A stretch of 64,000 nt of DNA from an uncultured Mollicutes bacterium (GTDB lineage Bacteria > Bacillota_I > Bacilli_A > ML615J-28 > CAG-313): assembly GCA_900548675.1 (NCBI GenBank), contig URLJ01000004.1, forward strand, positions 13,943 to 77,942, given 5' to 3'. The notes below the pieces were generated by a model that was not told the DNA's origin, searched no databases, and saw only the letters and a list, made by a program, of their open reading frames with translations. Below, in pieces: positions 30,825 through 41,810 of this stretch. A program made the translations under genes and the position numbers. Numbering within the stretch: position 1 is the first letter of the stretch; every line of letters starts with the position of its first letter.

Positions 30825-31820
30825 ATGGGTATATTTAATATTTTTAAACGTAAAAAACAAACAAGTGAAGCAGTTAAAAAAGCTGAAAAATATAACTTAG
30901 GGATGAAGAAATCCCGCAATGGTTTATTGACCAAATTAAAAAATGTTTTATCTGGATATGACCAAATAACCGAAGATTTATTTGACGATTTGACCGACAC
31001 ATTTATAATGGCAGATATCGGCGTTAGTACAACATTAGATTTTATTGAAGAATTAAAAGAAGACGAAAGAGTAAAGGGAATTCATAACCCTATTGACCTT
31101 CAACCAATAATAGTTGATAAAATGTTTGAACTATATCTTAAGAATGAAATCGTAGATGCTAATTTAAAAGAAAACAATGATGGCCCATCTGTTTATCTTT
31201 TTGTTGGTGTCAATGGTGTTGGAAAAACAACTTCTATTGCTAAAATTGCTTATCGTTTAAAAAATGAAGGTAAGAAGGTTCTATTAGCTGCGGGTGATAC
31301 TTTTAGAGCTGGTGCTATCGACCAACTAGTAGAATGGGCAGGAAGATTAGGTGTAGATATTGTCACTAAACCTTCTGGTAGTGATCCCTCTAGCGTTATA
31401 TATGATGCTTTAATAAAAGCTAAAAAAGAAAAATATGATTGTCTTTTATGTGATACAGCAGGAAGATTACAAAATAAAGCTAATTTAATGAAAGAACTTG
31501 AGAAAATGCATCGCGTAATATCTAAAGAAATACCAGGCGCTCCTCATGAAGTTCTTTTAGTAATTGACGCAACGACAGGACAAAATGGTTTATCACAAGC
31601 TGAAGCTTTCAGTGAAATAACTAATGTGAGTGGCATAATATTAACTAAACTTGATGGAACTGCTAAGGGTGGTATTGTCCTTGCTGTGCGCGATAAGCTT
31701 AACATACCGATTAAGTTTGTAGGTCTTGGTGAAAAAATGGATGATTTGGAATATTTTGATTTAGAAGATTATATCTACGGATTATTTGTGGAGAGCGATA
31801 ATGATGGATATTCTAAATAA
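30825..31820 (+). CDS. ftsY: Signal recognition particle receptor FtsY
   Basis: NG domain with GVNGVGKTTSIAK, DTAGRL and TKLDGTAKGG. A second extended -10 (TGTTATAAT at 30786..30794) lies upstream. Confidence 0.95.
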   Translation: MGIFNIFKRKKQTSEAVKKAEKYNLGMKKSRNGLLTKLKNVLSGYDQITEDLFDDLTDTFIMADIGVSTTLDFIEELKEDERVKGIHNPIDLQPIIVDKMFELYLKNEIVDANLKENNDGPSVYLFVGVNGVGKTTSIAKIAYRLKNEGKKVLLAAGDTFRAGAIDQLVEWAGRLGVDIVTKPSGSDPSSVIYDALIKAKKEKYDCLLCDTAGRLQNKANLMKELEKMHRVISKEIPGAPHEVLLVIDATTGQNGLSQAEAFSEITNVSGIILTKLDGTAKGGIVLAVRDKLNIPIKFVGLGEKMDDLEYFDLEDYIYGLFVESDNDGYSK

Positions 31821-32121
31821 AAAAAACCATTATAATATTCTGTATGGTTATTATGGTTCACTTTTGACAAAACGTCAACAAGAAATTTTTGAAGCATACT
31901 ATGGTGATGATTATTCACTTTCAGAAATATCAGCGGAACTATCAGTGAGCCGTAATGCTGTTTTTGATGCTTTAAAAAAAGTTGAAAAAACATTAGATGA
32001 TTTAGAAGAAAAATTACAATTTCTAAAAAAGAATATGGAAATAGAGAGTATTTTAAAAAAATATGAAAGCACTGATACCTCTTCTTTAATAGAAGAAATA
32101 AGAAAAATTATTAACAATTAA
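31801..32121 (+). CDS. ylxM: YlxM/p13-like putative DNA-binding protein (UPF0122)
   Basis: YGSLLTKRQQEIFEAYYGDDYSLSEISAELSVSRNAVFDALKK sigma-70 region-4-like HTH. Conserved ftsY-ylxM-ffh order. Start set at the ATG behind GGAGAG. Confidence 0.85.
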   Translation: MMDILNKKNHYNILYGYYGSLLTKRQQEIFEAYYGDDYSLSEISAELSVSRNAVFDALKKVEKTLDDLEEKLQFLKKNMEIESILKKYESTDTSSLIEEIRKIINN

Positions 32122-32166
32122 AACTAAATAAAAATTAATTTTTGTTTAGTAGAAAGGAATAGTTCT

Positions 32167-33573
32167 ATGCCGTTTGAAAGTTTGTCAGAAAAACTCCAAA
32201 TGTCAATTCGTCGTCTAACAGGGCGAGGACGTATAAACGAAAACGATATTGATGAAATGATGAAAGAAGTGCGTGTATCACTTCTTGAAGCGGATGTCAA
32301 TTATAAAATAGTTAAATCATTCATTAATGATGTAAAAGAAAAAGCCTTAGGTGAAAGAGTAATGAAATCTTTAACCCCAGGTGACCAAGTACTTAAAATA
32401 GTCAATGAAGAGTTAAAACATTTAATGGGTGAGGAAGCTGTACCTTTAAATATGAATTTAAATGGAACTACAGTGATACTTTTAGCAGGTTTACAAGGTA
32501 GTGGTAAAACAACTCATGCGGGAAAACTTGCCCAATACATAAGAAAAACTTACAATGCTAGACCATTAATGATTGCTGCCGATGTTTATAGACCTGCTGC
32601 CGTTAATCAGTTGGTAACACTCGGAAAACAATTAAACATTGAAGTGTTCGAACAAGGCATCATGGTTAAACCCCAAATGATTGTGAAAAATGGTTTGGCA
32701 TATGCTAAAACAAAAAATTGTAATGTTGTAATAATCGATACGGCTGGTCGTCTTCAAATAGATGAACCGCTTATGAAAGAACTAGTTGAAATAAAAGAAA
32801 TTGCTAAACCACAAGAAATATTGTTGGCGGTTGACGCTATGACAGGGCAAGATGCTGTAAATGTAGCGATGAGTTTCAATGATGCTTTGGGTGTTACAGG
32901 ATGTATTTTAACAAAATTAGATAGTGATACAAGAGGTGGAGCAGCCTTATCAATTCGTTACATGACCAATATACCTATTAAATTCTGTGGTATGGGTGAA
33001 AAACTTGATCAAATTGAAGTTTTCCATCCAGAAAGAATGGCCAGTAGAATACTCGGCATGGGAGATGTAATGACCCTTATTGAAAAAGCTAGTGAAAACA
33101 TCGATGAAGCAGATGCAATGAAAACGATGGAAAAACTAGAAAAAGGTTATTTTAACTATAATGATTATTTGGATCAAATTAAAAAAATTAAGAGAATGGG
33201 ATCTTTAAAAGGGTTGTTATCACTTATTCCAGGCCTTGGTCAACAATTGAAAAAAATAGATATAGATGATAAGCAATTTAGTTATATTGAAGCAATTATT
33301 GGCTCTATGACTGAAGAGGAAAGAAAAAAACCAGAATTGATTCAAAAAAGTCAATCACGTAGAGAACGTATTTCAAGAGGTTCTGGAAGACCATATGTAG
33401 AAGTTAATAATTTAACTCGTCAATTTGATCAAATGAGAGTGCAAATGAAAGCGATGATGGGACTTGATGAAAGTGAACTCTCTAAAGTGGCTAAAGGGCA
33501 AAGCGTTCCTGGCATGCCTCAACAAAAGGTAAAAAAAGGAAAAGGTAAGAATAGGGGAGGCTTCAGATTTTAA
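32167..33573 (+). CDS. ffh: Signal recognition particle protein Ffh
   Basis: GLQGSGKTT, DTAGRL, TKLDSDTRGGAA, and a Met-rich M domain with a basic C-terminal tail. Confidence 0.97.
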   Translation: MPFESLSEKLQMSIRRLTGRGRINENDIDEMMKEVRVSLLEADVNYKIVKSFINDVKEKALGERVMKSLTPGDQVLKIVNEELKHLMGEEAVPLNMNLNGTTVILLAGLQGSGKTTHAGKLAQYIRKTYNARPLMIAADVYRPAAVNQLVTLGKQLNIEVFEQGIMVKPQMIVKNGLAYAKTKNCNVVIIDTAGRLQIDEPLMKELVEIKEIAKPQEILLAVDAMTGQDAVNVAMSFNDALGVTGCILTKLDSDTRGGAALSIRYMTNIPIKFCGMGEKLDQIEVFHPERMASRILGMGDVMTLIEKASENIDEADAMKTMEKLEKGYFNYNDYLDQIKKIKRMGSLKGLLSLIPGLGQQLKKIDIDDKQFSYIEAIIGSMTEEERKKPELIQKSQSRRERISRGSGRPYVEVNNLTRQFDQMRVQMKAMMGLDESELSKVAKGQSVPGMPQQKVKKGKGKNRGGFRF

Positions 33574-33578
33574 AAAAA

Positions 33579-33603
33579 GGTTATACTTGAAAAAAGTATA
33601 ACC
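33579..33603. terminator. Bidirectional terminator shared by convergent ffh and ruvA
   Basis: GGTTATACT-TGAAAAA-AGTATAACC with an A-run upstream and an A/T-rich stretch downstream. Confidence 0.65.
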
Positions 33604-33619
33604 AAAAGTAAATTTAATA

Positions 33620-34189
33620 TTATTGCATTTTTCTAAGTGCCATCTTAACAAGTTCAGAAAGCGGTGTATCACTTGTATATTCAATTTGTTTTAAGGCACT
33701 TTTAATTTCACTATTGTTGTAACCAAGAGCTTTAAGAGCCAAAGATACTTCATCTAATTCTTTTGTTGCTTTTCCTTTGGTTTCATCAAGTGAAGATAAA
33801 TCTATTTTTCCTTTTAAATCAAGCACTATTTGTTGGCTTGATTTTGAACCAATGCCTGGAAAACGTGTAAAGAATTTGGCATCAGCATTATTGACTGCAT
33901 CGGCTATTTCATTTACAGTGCTTGAAGCAAGAATGGCTAAGGCTCCTTTTGGACCTAAACCTTTAACATTAATTAGTTTTACAAACATATCTCGCTCGAG
34001 TAAGCTTAAAAAACCATACAAGGTTATATTATCTTCTCTTACATAGTGATGAGTGAAAACTTTTTTTTCTGTTTCTTCTTCAAATTGAAAGGGGTTTGGA
34101 ACTATTAACAAGTATCCAATACCATTGTTTTCGATTGTAATATAGCTTGATGTTACACTAGTAACTTTGCCAATTATATAGTTGTACAT
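33620..34189 (-). CDS. ruvA: Holliday junction DNA helicase subunit RuvA
   Basis: MYNYIIGKV...[12 protein letters not shown]-fold start and HhH motifs ([32 protein letters not shown]). Start set at the ATG behind GAGGA. Confidence 0.93.
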   Translation of the reverse strand: MYNYIIGKVTSVTSSYITIENNGIGYLLIVPNPFQFEEETEKKVFTHHYVREDNITLYGFLSLLERDMFVKLINVKGLGPKGALAILASSTVNEIADAVNNADAKFFTRFPGIGSKSSQQIVLDLKGKIDLSSLDETKGKATKELDEVSLALKALGYNNSEIKSALKQIEYTSDTPLSELVKMALRKMQ

Positions 34190-34277
34190 ATTATTTCCTC
34201 GCATGTGTGTTTTTAATTATTATAACAAAATATTAAATTTTTTTCAAGTAAAGATATTTAAAAAGGAGGTTTCATTT

Positions 34278-35279
34278 ATGGAAGATCAACTCATGAATCA
34301 AAGAGCTATTGAAGGTGATGAAGTTGAATTAACTCTAAGACCTAAAAGTTTAAATGAATATGTTGGGCAAGAAAAACTAAAAGAAATGCTAAAAGTTTAT
34401 ATTGAAACAGCAAAGATGAGAAACGAAAGTTTAGACCATGTTTTATTATATGGGCCTCCAGGGCTTGGAAAAACAACTTTAGCATATGTTATTGCGAACG
34501 AAATGAAAACAAATGTAAAAGTAACAACAGGGCCTGCTCTCGCAAGACCTGGTGATTTAGCCGCAATATTGTCATCGCTCAACCCAGGTGATGTACTATT
34601 TATCGATGAAATTCACCGCATTCCTAAAGTTATTGAAGAAGTATTATATTCTGCAATGGAAGATTATGTGATTGATATTGTTTTAGGAAAAGACACTCAA
34701 GCATCAACAATTAGAATTGATTTGCCTCCGTTTACATTAGTCGGAGCAACAACGCGTTTCGGTGACTTATCATCGCCTATGCGAGATAGATTTGGAATTG
34801 TTCATCAGTTAGAATATTATAGTGATAAAGAACTACAAAGTATAATTAACAGAACTTCCAAAATATTTAATTTTCCAATAGATGATGAGGCTAGTCTTTC
34901 ACTTGCGAAACGTTCAAGAGGCACACCAAGAATTGCTAATCGTCTTTTTAGAAGAATAAGAGATTTTGCTCAATATGATCATTTACCTATAATAGATAAA
35001 AAGATAACTGATTATGCTTTAAATAGACTAAATATAGATTTAGAAGGTTTAGATGTTACAGACCGTAAATATCTTGAATGTTTAATTGTACGATTTGGTG
35101 GTGGACCAGTTGGCTTAGAAGCCATTAGTGCTACAATGTCTGAAGAAACCGTAACACTTGAAGATGTAAATGAACCGTACCTACTTCAAAAAGGTTTCAT
35201 TTTGAGAACCCCAAGAGGGAGAGTGGCAACCGAAAAGGCTTATCAGCATTTAGGAATTAAAATGGGAGGCATGCTGTGA
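34278..35279 (+). CDS. ruvB: Holliday junction DNA helicase RuvB
   Basis: [12 protein letters not shown], Walker [12 protein letters not shown], Walker B LFIDEIHR, and GTPRIANRL. Start set at the ATG behind AAAGGAGG; the ORF caller start at 34182 overlaps ruvA. Confidence 0.96.
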   Translation: MEDQLMNQRAIEGDEVELTLRPKSLNEYVGQEKLKEMLKVYIETAKMRNESLDHVLLYGPPGLGKTTLAYVIANEMKTNVKVTTGPALARPGDLAAILSSLNPGDVLFIDEIHRIPKVIEEVLYSAMEDYVIDIVLGKDTQASTIRIDLPPFTLVGATTRFGDLSSPMRDRFGIVHQLEYYSDKELQSIINRTSKIFNFPIDDEASLSLAKRSRGTPRIANRLFRRIRDFAQYDHLPIIDKKITDYALNRLNIDLEGLDVTDRKYLECLIVRFGGGPVGLEAISATMSEETVTLEDVNEPYLLQKGFILRTPRGRVATEKAYQHLGIKMGGML

Positions 35280-36313
35280 AATTAGAAGAATTTGATTATT
35301 ATCTTCCAGAGGAATTGATTGCTCAAACCCCGTTAAAAGATCGTAGTTCATCAAGACTTTTGGTACTAGATAAAAACACTGGTGAGGTATCACATCATCA
35401 TTTTAAGGAAATAATAAATTATTTAGATGAAAATGACTGTTTGGTGCTAAATGATACAAAAGTAATACCATCAAGAATTTACGGAATTAAAGAAGAAACG
35501 GATGCTCACATTGAACTTTTATTACTAAAGGAAACTGCAAAAGATGAATGGCACGCTTTAACAAGACCTGCTAAACGTGTTAGGGAAAATACTTGTATTT
35601 GTTTTTTTGATGAAGAGCATCACACCATTCTTAAAGCAAAATGCATAGAAGTTTTAGAAGATGGTGAACGAGTTTTTAAAATGGAATATAACGGCATATT
35701 TTTAGAAATCTTAGAAAAAATAGGGACGATGCCACTTCCACCATATATTCATGAGAAATTAAAAGATGGTACACGTTATCAAACGGTTTATGCAAAAGAT
35801 TATGGAAGTGCGGCAGCACCTACTGCAGGGTTGCATTTCACTAAAGAATTACTTCAACAATTAAAAGAAAAAGGTGTTCAAATAGAGTATGTTACTCTTC
35901 ATGTAGGTTTGGGGACATTCCGCCCCGTAATGAGTGAAACAATCGAAGAACATCATATGCATAGTGAATATTATCATATTGAAGATGATGTTGCAGAAAG
36001 ATTAAATAATGCTAAAGCAGCTGGAAAAAGGATCGTTGCGGTAGGAACTACATCTACTAGAACGCTTGAAAGTGTTTATCAAAAATATGGTAAATTTGTG
36101 GGTTGTAGTGAAAATACAAATATTTTTATCTATCCCCCATACAAATTTAAAGCTATTGATGCCCTTATTACTAATTTTCACTTACCTAAATCAACATTAA
36201 TAATGCTTGTTAGTGCTTTATCAACAAGAGAATATATTCTAAATGCATACAATATCGCTGTAAAAGAAAAATATCGTTTCTTTTCTTTCGGCGATGCCAT
36301 GTTTATAAAATAA
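35276..36313 (+). CDS. queA: S-adenosylmethionine:tRNA ribosyltransferase-isomerase
   Basis: [19 protein letters not shown] start, [10 protein letters not shown], and [11 protein letters not shown]. The GTG start overlaps the ruvB stop (GTGA). Confidence 0.95.
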   Translation: MKLEEFDYYLPEELIAQTPLKDRSSSRLLVLDKNTGEVSHHHFKEIINYLDENDCLVLNDTKVIPSRIYGIKEETDAHIELLLLKETAKDEWHALTRPAKRVRENTCICFFDEEHHTILKAKCIEVLEDGERVFKMEYNGIFLEILEKIGTMPLPPYIHEKLKDGTRYQTVYAKDYGSAAAPTAGLHFTKELLQQLKEKGVQIEYVTLHVGLGTFRPVMSETIEEHHMHSEYYHIEDDVAERLNNAKAAGKRIVAVGTTSTRTLESVYQKYGKFVGCSENTNIFIYPPYKFKAIDALITNFHLPKSTLIMLVSALSTREYILNAYNIAVKEKYRFFSFGDAMFIK

Positions 36314-36320
36314 TTATAAA

Positions 36321-36397
36321 TTGTTTCGTAAAAACAAAAATTGTTTCGTAAAAACAAAAATTGTTTCGTAAAAACAAAAATTGTTTCGTAAAAACAA
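36321..36397. repeat. Four head-to-tail copies of a 20-bp unit TTGTTTCGTAAAAACAAAAA (last copy 17 bp)
   Basis: Read directly: copies at 36321, 36341, 36361 and 36381 are identical. Each contains the inverted repeat TTGTTT-CGTAA-AAACAA. The array starts 8 nt after the queA stop and ends about 25 nt before a TATAAT at 36422..36427. Confidence 0.95.
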
Positions 36398-36439
36398 TTT
36401 ATATATTTGTCTTATTAGGTATATAATAGGAGAGGCATA

Positions 36440-37525
36440 ATGAAAAAAATATTATTGATTATTACATTGATATTATCAATTTTTCTAACAAGTTGTAATA
36501 CATTAGATTCAACAAAACCTAGTCCTTCATTATCAGATGATGATAGCTTAAATGTCAAAGAAGCTTATTTAAATGCCCTTGCTGAACAAGCTATAGTAAA
36601 AAGTGATGAAGTTGAAGTTGTTAAATGCCATTTAATATACAATAATTGTTTATTCGTTACAGTGGTAAATAAACTAGGACTTATACCATACAAAATAACT
36701 AATGAAAAAGTAAACATTCTTCATTTTCAATATAGAAATGATGAAACTTCGATATATGGTGTTATTGATGGAGTTTTATACACAATTAGACAAGTATATG
36801 AAATGGGAAAAATATCACTCAATGAATTGACTGATTTATTTGTCATCAATAGTGCTTCAACATCATTGATTAATAGATATGACATAGAAAAAATAAAAAA
36901 TGGATTTTTTATTAATGATAAAATTTTCAAAAGTACAACTATTTTAACAAGATACTATGGTCAGTATGAAGGTTATTATGCAGTAGAAGTAATTGACAAC
37001 ATTAATGATAAAAATAGTGTGGCTGTTAGTGAAAATATCGATAATTTGACTTTCCGTTATCCTAGCATCAATTATCACATATATTTTATTAATAATGATA
37101 CTTACACAATTGCCGAAGCTTATCAAAAGAATATTATAGATAAGCATGACTTAATAAATATTTTTATGGGTCACACACAATGTGAAGAATTTAATGATAA
37201 CAAATTATTAGAAATATTAATGCCAATATGGGGTATTTATAAACAAGTTATAACTGATTATAACTTCGATAATCTTGGTTTAGTTTATTACTTTGGTTAT
37301 TATGATTATTGTGATATTTTTTCGTTTTCATCTAAAATACGTTTGTATAGTTATATAAAAGAAAGTGATGATGCGTTTTATGAATCATTGCGACTTGGTA
37401 CCCAAAACTATATCTATGTTTTATATAATAATGAGATATTTTTGTTAGATGATGCAGTTGAAAAAGGTTATGTATCTGCAGCTACAAAGCAAAAAATTAA
37501 TACAAAAAAGCAATATATAATGTAA
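36440..37525 (+). CDS. Lipoprotein of unknown function
   Basis: Signal peptide MKKILLIITLILSIFLTSC with lipobox LTSC. RBS AGGAGAGG. The mature part matches no family I recognise. Confidence 0.75.
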   Translation: MKKILLIITLILSIFLTSCNTLDSTKPSPSLSDDDSLNVKEAYLNALAEQAIVKSDEVEVVKCHLIYNNCLFVTVVNKLGLIPYKITNEKVNILHFQYRNDETSIYGVIDGVLYTIRQVYEMGKISLNELTDLFVINSASTSLINRYDIEKIKNGFFINDKIFKSTTILTRYYGQYEGYYAVEVIDNINDKNSVAVSENIDNLTFRYPSINYHIYFINNDTYTIAEAYQKNIIDKHDLINIFMGHTQCEEFNDNKLLEILMPIWGIYKQVITDYNFDNLGLVYYFGYYDYCDIFSFSSKIRLYSYIKESDDAFYESLRLGTQNYIYVLYNNEIFLLDDAVEKGYVSAATKQKINTKKQYIM

Positions 37526-37551
37526 GGCAAGTTTTAAATAACTTGCCTTTT
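37524..37551 (+). terminator. Terminator after the lipoprotein gene
   Basis: AAGGCAAGTT-TTAAAT-AACTTGCCTT hairpin followed by TTT. Confidence 0.65.
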
Positions 37552-37641
37552 AAAAATAGTATTAGGAAATAAACATTTGACTAGTAAAAATTAGAATAAT
37601 ATGGTATAATAAGGTGATTACTATGGAAAGGAAAATATCCG

Positions 37642-39486
37642 ATGAGTAAAGATTTAGGTGTTTATTATTTTCATCAAGGTACTAATTATTATGCTTATCA
37701 GTTGCTAGGTTCTTGTTATAGTGATGAAGAAACTATATTCAGAGTATGGGCACCTAATGCTAAAAAAGTATCGGTAGTTGGTGATTTCAACAAGTGGGAT
37801 AAAGAAAAAAATCCAATGAAATTGCTAGAAGATGGTGAAATATGGGAAGTAAAAATTTCTTCATTAAGCGAATTCAGTAACTATAAATACGCAATATTAA
37901 CAAAGCAAAACAAGTGGATTTTAAAAGCAGATCCCTATGCCTACCACGCTGAAGTAAGACCAGAGACTGCCTCTAAAGTATACAATTTAAAAGGGTATAC
38001 CTTTAATGATAAAGAATGGATGGAAAAACGCAGCAATTGTTATCATACGCCATTAAATATTTATGAGCTGAATCTTGGTTCATGGCGAACATATCAAGAT
38101 GGTAACTATTTTAATTATGTTAAAATGGCGGAAGAATTAGTAAAATATGTTCATGAAATGGGATATACGCATGTTGAAATAATGCCTATATCAGAATTTC
38201 CTTTTGATAAATCATGGGGATATCAGGTAACCGGATATTATGCAATAACCTCAAGATTTGGTACACCACATGATTTTATGAAATTTGTTGATATTCTTCA
38301 TCAAGCAAACATCGGAGTCATTCTTGATTGGGTACCCGGACATTTTTGCAAAGATAGTCATGGATTAATTGATTTTGATGGTTCAAAAACGTATGAGCCG
38401 AGCGATCCAACAATGATGGAACACGAAGGTTGGGGAACAAGATGTTTTGATTATGATAAACCTGAAGTTAGAAGTTTTTTAATCTCTAACGCCATGTATT
38501 TTTTAAATGAATATCATATCGATGGTTTACGAGTAGATGCGGTAGCCGCAATCTTATATTTAGATTACGACCGTGCTGAAGGAAAATGGCATAAAAATAA
38601 AGATGGTACTAACATAAATTTAGGTGCATTATCTTTTTTGAAAAACCTTAATCAGGTAGTTCACGATTATCACAAAGGTGTTATGATGATCGCGGAAGAA
38701 TCAACAACTTTTCCAAAACTTACAGTACCCGTTAAAGATGGTGGTGTAGGGTTTGATTATAAGTGGAATATGGGATGGATGAATGATACGATTGAGTATA
38801 TGAAAAAAGATCCAATCTTTAGGAGTTATCTTCATCACAAAATAACTTTTCAAATGACTTATATTTATTCTGAACACTATATTTTAGCATTATCTCATGA
38901 TGAAGTGGTTCATGGTAAGTGCTCTCTTCTTAATAAAATGCCTGGAACTTACGAACAAAAATTTGCAGGTTTAAAGACATATCTAATGTATATGATGAGC
39001 CATCCCGGAAAAAAATTAAATTTCATGGGGTATGAATTTGGCCAATTTATTGAATGGCGTGATGATAGAGAAATAGATTGGTTGCTTTTAGCTTATCCTC
39101 AACATCAAGCAATGCATCAATTTACAAAAAAATTAAATCACTTATATTTAAATAATAAACCTTTTTATGAATGTGACGACACATGGGATGGCTTTGAATG
39201 GCTGAATGCCGATGATGTTGACCATAATGTTTATGTTTATAAAAGAAAAGATAAAGAAAAAAACGAGATATACGTTATTTTAAATTTTTCCTTTAGTGAA
39301 TGGAAAAACTACGAAATAACCATCCCTAATGGGACTTACGAAATATTACTTGCTAGTAACGATGTAACAGAAGGCGGATATGCTAACGTTTACAATCATA
39401 AATTGCGAGCAACAAAGAATAAAATGAAAGTAAATCTTCCAGCTATATGTGGAATGTATTTAAGAAAGGTAAAAGGGAAAAAGTAA
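37642..39486 (+). CDS. glgB: 1,4-alpha-glucan branching enzyme
   Basis: GH13 motifs [24 protein letters not shown] and ALSHDEV. First gene of the glg cluster. Confidence 0.95.
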   Translation: MSKDLGVYYFHQGTNYYAYQLLGSCYSDEETIFRVWAPNAKKVSVVGDFNKWDKEKNPMKLLEDGEIWEVKISSLSEFSNYKYAILTKQNKWILKADPYAYHAEVRPETASKVYNLKGYTFNDKEWMEKRSNCYHTPLNIYELNLGSWRTYQDGNYFNYVKMAEELVKYVHEMGYTHVEIMPISEFPFDKSWGYQVTGYYAITSRFGTPHDFMKFVDILHQANIGVILDWVPGHFCKDSHGLIDFDGSKTYEPSDPTMMEHEGWGTRCFDYDKPEVRSFLISNAMYFLNEYHIDGLRVDAVAAILYLDYDRAEGKWHKNKDGTNINLGALSFLKNLNQVVHDYHKGVMMIAEESTTFPKLTVPVKDGGVGFDYKWNMGWMNDTIEYMKKDPIFRSYLHHKITFQMTYIYSEHYILALSHDEVVHGKCSLLNKMPGTYEQKFAGLKTYLMYMMSHPGKKLNFMGYEFGQFIEWRDDREIDWLLLAYPQHQAMHQFTKKLNHLYLNNKPFYECDDTWDGFEWLNADDVDHNVYVYKRKDKEKNEIYVILNFSFSEWKNYEITIPNGTYEILLASNDVTEGGYANVYNHKLRATKNKMKVNLPAICGMYLRKVKGKK

Positions 39487-40682
39487 TGTATAAACACAAA
39501 AGATGTATCGCGATGCTTCTCGCAGGAGGACAGGGAAGTAGATTATTAGCATTAACGACAAAAGTAGCTAAACCTGCAGTTTCCTTTGGTGCGAAATATC
39601 GTATTATTGATTTTACGCTATCAAATTGTACTAATTCAAATATTGATACTGTAGGTGTTTTAACACAGTATCAACCATTAGTTTTAAATGATTATATTGG
39701 AAATGGGCAACCATGGGATTTAGACCGCTCATATGGTGGTGTCCACATTTTACCACCTTATCAAGCAAAAGATAAAATGGACTGGTATAAAGGAACTGCT
39801 AACGCAATATATCAAAACATAGATTTTATTGAAAACTATAATCCTGATCATGTGTTGATTCTCTCTGGAGATCACATTTATAAAATGGATTATAATGAAA
39901 TGTTAGAATATCATATTAAAAAAGATGCTGATTGTACAATTGCGACTTTAACGGTCCCACTTAGTGATGCTAGTCGCTTTGGTATAATGAATGTTGACAA
40001 TGACTTTGTTATCACGGAATTTGAAGAAAAACCTAAAAAGCCGAAAAGTAATCAAGCATCGATGGGAATATACATCTTTAAAACAAATAAATTGATAGAA
40101 TATCTAAAAAAAGATGAACAAAATCCTTTATCTCAAAACGATTTTGGGAAAAATATTATCCCTACAATGTTAGAAGAACAAAATAAAATGGTTGCATACC
40201 CATTTAAAGGATACTGGAAAGATGTTGGAACAATAGATAGTTTGTGGAGTGCCAATATGGATTTAATAGGAGAAAATCCTGCATTTGATATTTATGATCC
40301 TTTCTGGAAAATCCATTCTAGAAATCATGGCATACAACCACAATACATTTCATCAAGCGCTAAAATATCGAATAGTTTAATAGCTGGTGGCTGTAAAATT
40401 GAAGGCGAAGTAATAAATAGCGTTATTGGATCTTGTGTAAAAGTAGAAAAAGGAGCACGAGTTGTAGATAGTGTTATTTTCTCAAATTCAGTAATATGTG
40501 AAAATGCTGTTGTAAATTATAGTATTATTGATGAAAATGTTGTAATTGAAAACGGCGCAACCATTGGTGAGGCTAAAGATGAAAATATAAAAATAGCTGT
40601 AATTGGCCGCAATACGCGCATTTTAAAAGATGATGTAGTATTAGGTGGGGCTAATATCGAAGCTAAAAAGGGGGAAAAATAA
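39486..40682 (+). CDS. glgC: Glucose-1-phosphate adenylyltransferase, catalytic subunit
   Basis: [32 protein letters not shown], and a C-terminal left-handed beta-helix. Start ATG overlaps the glgB stop (TAATG). Confidence 0.95.
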   Translation: MYKHKRCIAMLLAGGQGSRLLALTTKVAKPAVSFGAKYRIIDFTLSNCTNSNIDTVGVLTQYQPLVLNDYIGNGQPWDLDRSYGGVHILPPYQAKDKMDWYKGTANAIYQNIDFIENYNPDHVLILSGDHIYKMDYNEMLEYHIKKDADCTIATLTVPLSDASRFGIMNVDNDFVITEFEEKPKKPKSNQASMGIYIFKTNKLIEYLKKDEQNPLSQNDFGKNIIPTMLEEQNKMVAYPFKGYWKDVGTIDSLWSANMDLIGENPAFDIYDPFWKIHSRNHGIQPQYISSSAKISNSLIAGGCKIEGEVINSVIGSCVKVEKGARVVDSVIFSNSVICENAVVNYSIIDENVVIENGATIGEAKDENIKIAVIGRNTRILKDDVVLGGANIEAKKGEK

Positions 40683-41798
40683 ATGCTAGCTGCAGGAATT
40701 GTATTCGCTGATTTACATCATAAACATTTAGAGGAATTAACTGCTAAAAGAACTGTGGCATCTATTCCTTTTGGTGGAAGATATCGTCTTATTGATTTTG
40801 CATTGTCTAATCTTGTTAATGCCAATATAACCAAAGTTGGAATAGTCACTAAACAAAATTACCAATCATTAATGGATCACATTGGGTCTGGTAAAGATTG
40901 GGATTTATCACGCCGCAATGGTGGTGCTTACATATTTCCACCATTTGGCCATTATCGTAGTGAAATTTTATATGAAAATCGTTTAGAAGCTCTTCAAAGC
41001 ATTATGAATTTTATCGATAAATGTCAAGAGGAAAATTTGGTTTTAATGGATTGTGATTCAGTTAATGTTATCGATTATGCAGATGTACTTAAAGAGCATA
41101 TTGCCAATAATGCTGATATTACAATGGTATATCGTCATGCTGAAGTGTTACCAGATATGGAAGGCTATATGACGTTAGAACTAGACGAAAATAAACGTGT
41201 TCGTTCTGCAACGATAACATCTGAAGTAGGAAGTATCAAAGACACGACAATTAATGTTTGGGTCATAAAACGAAAATTATTATCCACTTTGATGGCTGAT
41301 GCTAAAGCAAAGGGAGCAACATCACTTCGTAAAGATATAATCCTTCCTAATTTGAAAAATTTGCGTATATTTGGATATTTGCATAATGGTCTTCATCTTC
41401 ATATTGATTCATTAGAAGGATATTTTGAAAAAAATATGTTACTTTTAAAAGAAGATGTACGCCACGCAATTTTTGAAAATCCAGATTTACCTATTTATAC
41501 TAAAGTACGTGATTCAGCTCCTACAAAATATGGATCAGAAGCAGTTGTTGAAAATTCATATATCGCTGATGGTTGCATTATAGAAGGAAAAGTAATTAAT
41601 AGTATTTTGTTTAGAGGAGTAAAAATTGGGAAAAATACTGTTGTTGAGAATGCGATTTTAATGCAAGACACAATGGTAGAAAATGATGTTAATTTAAATT
41701 ACATAATAACAGATAAAAATGTTACAATAAGAAGTAGACAAACATTATCTGGATGTAAGAAAATACCATATTACATTGGTAAAAATATAATGGTTTAA
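40683..41798 (+). CDS. glgD: Glucose-1-phosphate adenylyltransferase, GlgD regulatory subunit
   Basis: GlgC paralogue lacking the GGxGxRL motif (GIVFADLHHKHLEELT). Positioned directly after glgC, as in Firmicutes. Confidence 0.88.
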   Translation: MLAAGIVFADLHHKHLEELTAKRTVASIPFGGRYRLIDFALSNLVNANITKVGIVTKQNYQSLMDHIGSGKDWDLSRRNGGAYIFPPFGHYRSEILYENRLEALQSIMNFIDKCQEENLVLMDCDSVNVIDYADVLKEHIANNADITMVYRHAEVLPDMEGYMTLELDENKRVRSATITSEVGSIKDTTINVWVIKRKLLSTLMADAKAKGATSLRKDIILPNLKNLRIFGYLHNGLHLHIDSLEGYFEKNMLLLKEDVRHAIFENPDLPIYTKVRDSAPTKYGSEAVVENSYIADGCIIEGKVINSILFRGVKIGKNTVVENAILMQDTMVENDVNLNYIITDKNVTIRSRQTLSGCKKIPYYIGKNIMV

Positions 41799-41810
41799 GG
41801 AGAAATAACT

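Noticed and set aside
34190-34277. SOS (LexA/DinR) box in the ruvA-ruvB divergent spacer.
   Set aside because: I found no CGAAC-N4-GTTCG-like sequence in the spacer.
36321-36397. Possible CRISPR array (identical short repeats).
   Set aside because: The units are directly head-to-tail with no spacers, only 20 bp long, there are four copies, and no cas genes are nearby. It is a simple tandem repeat.
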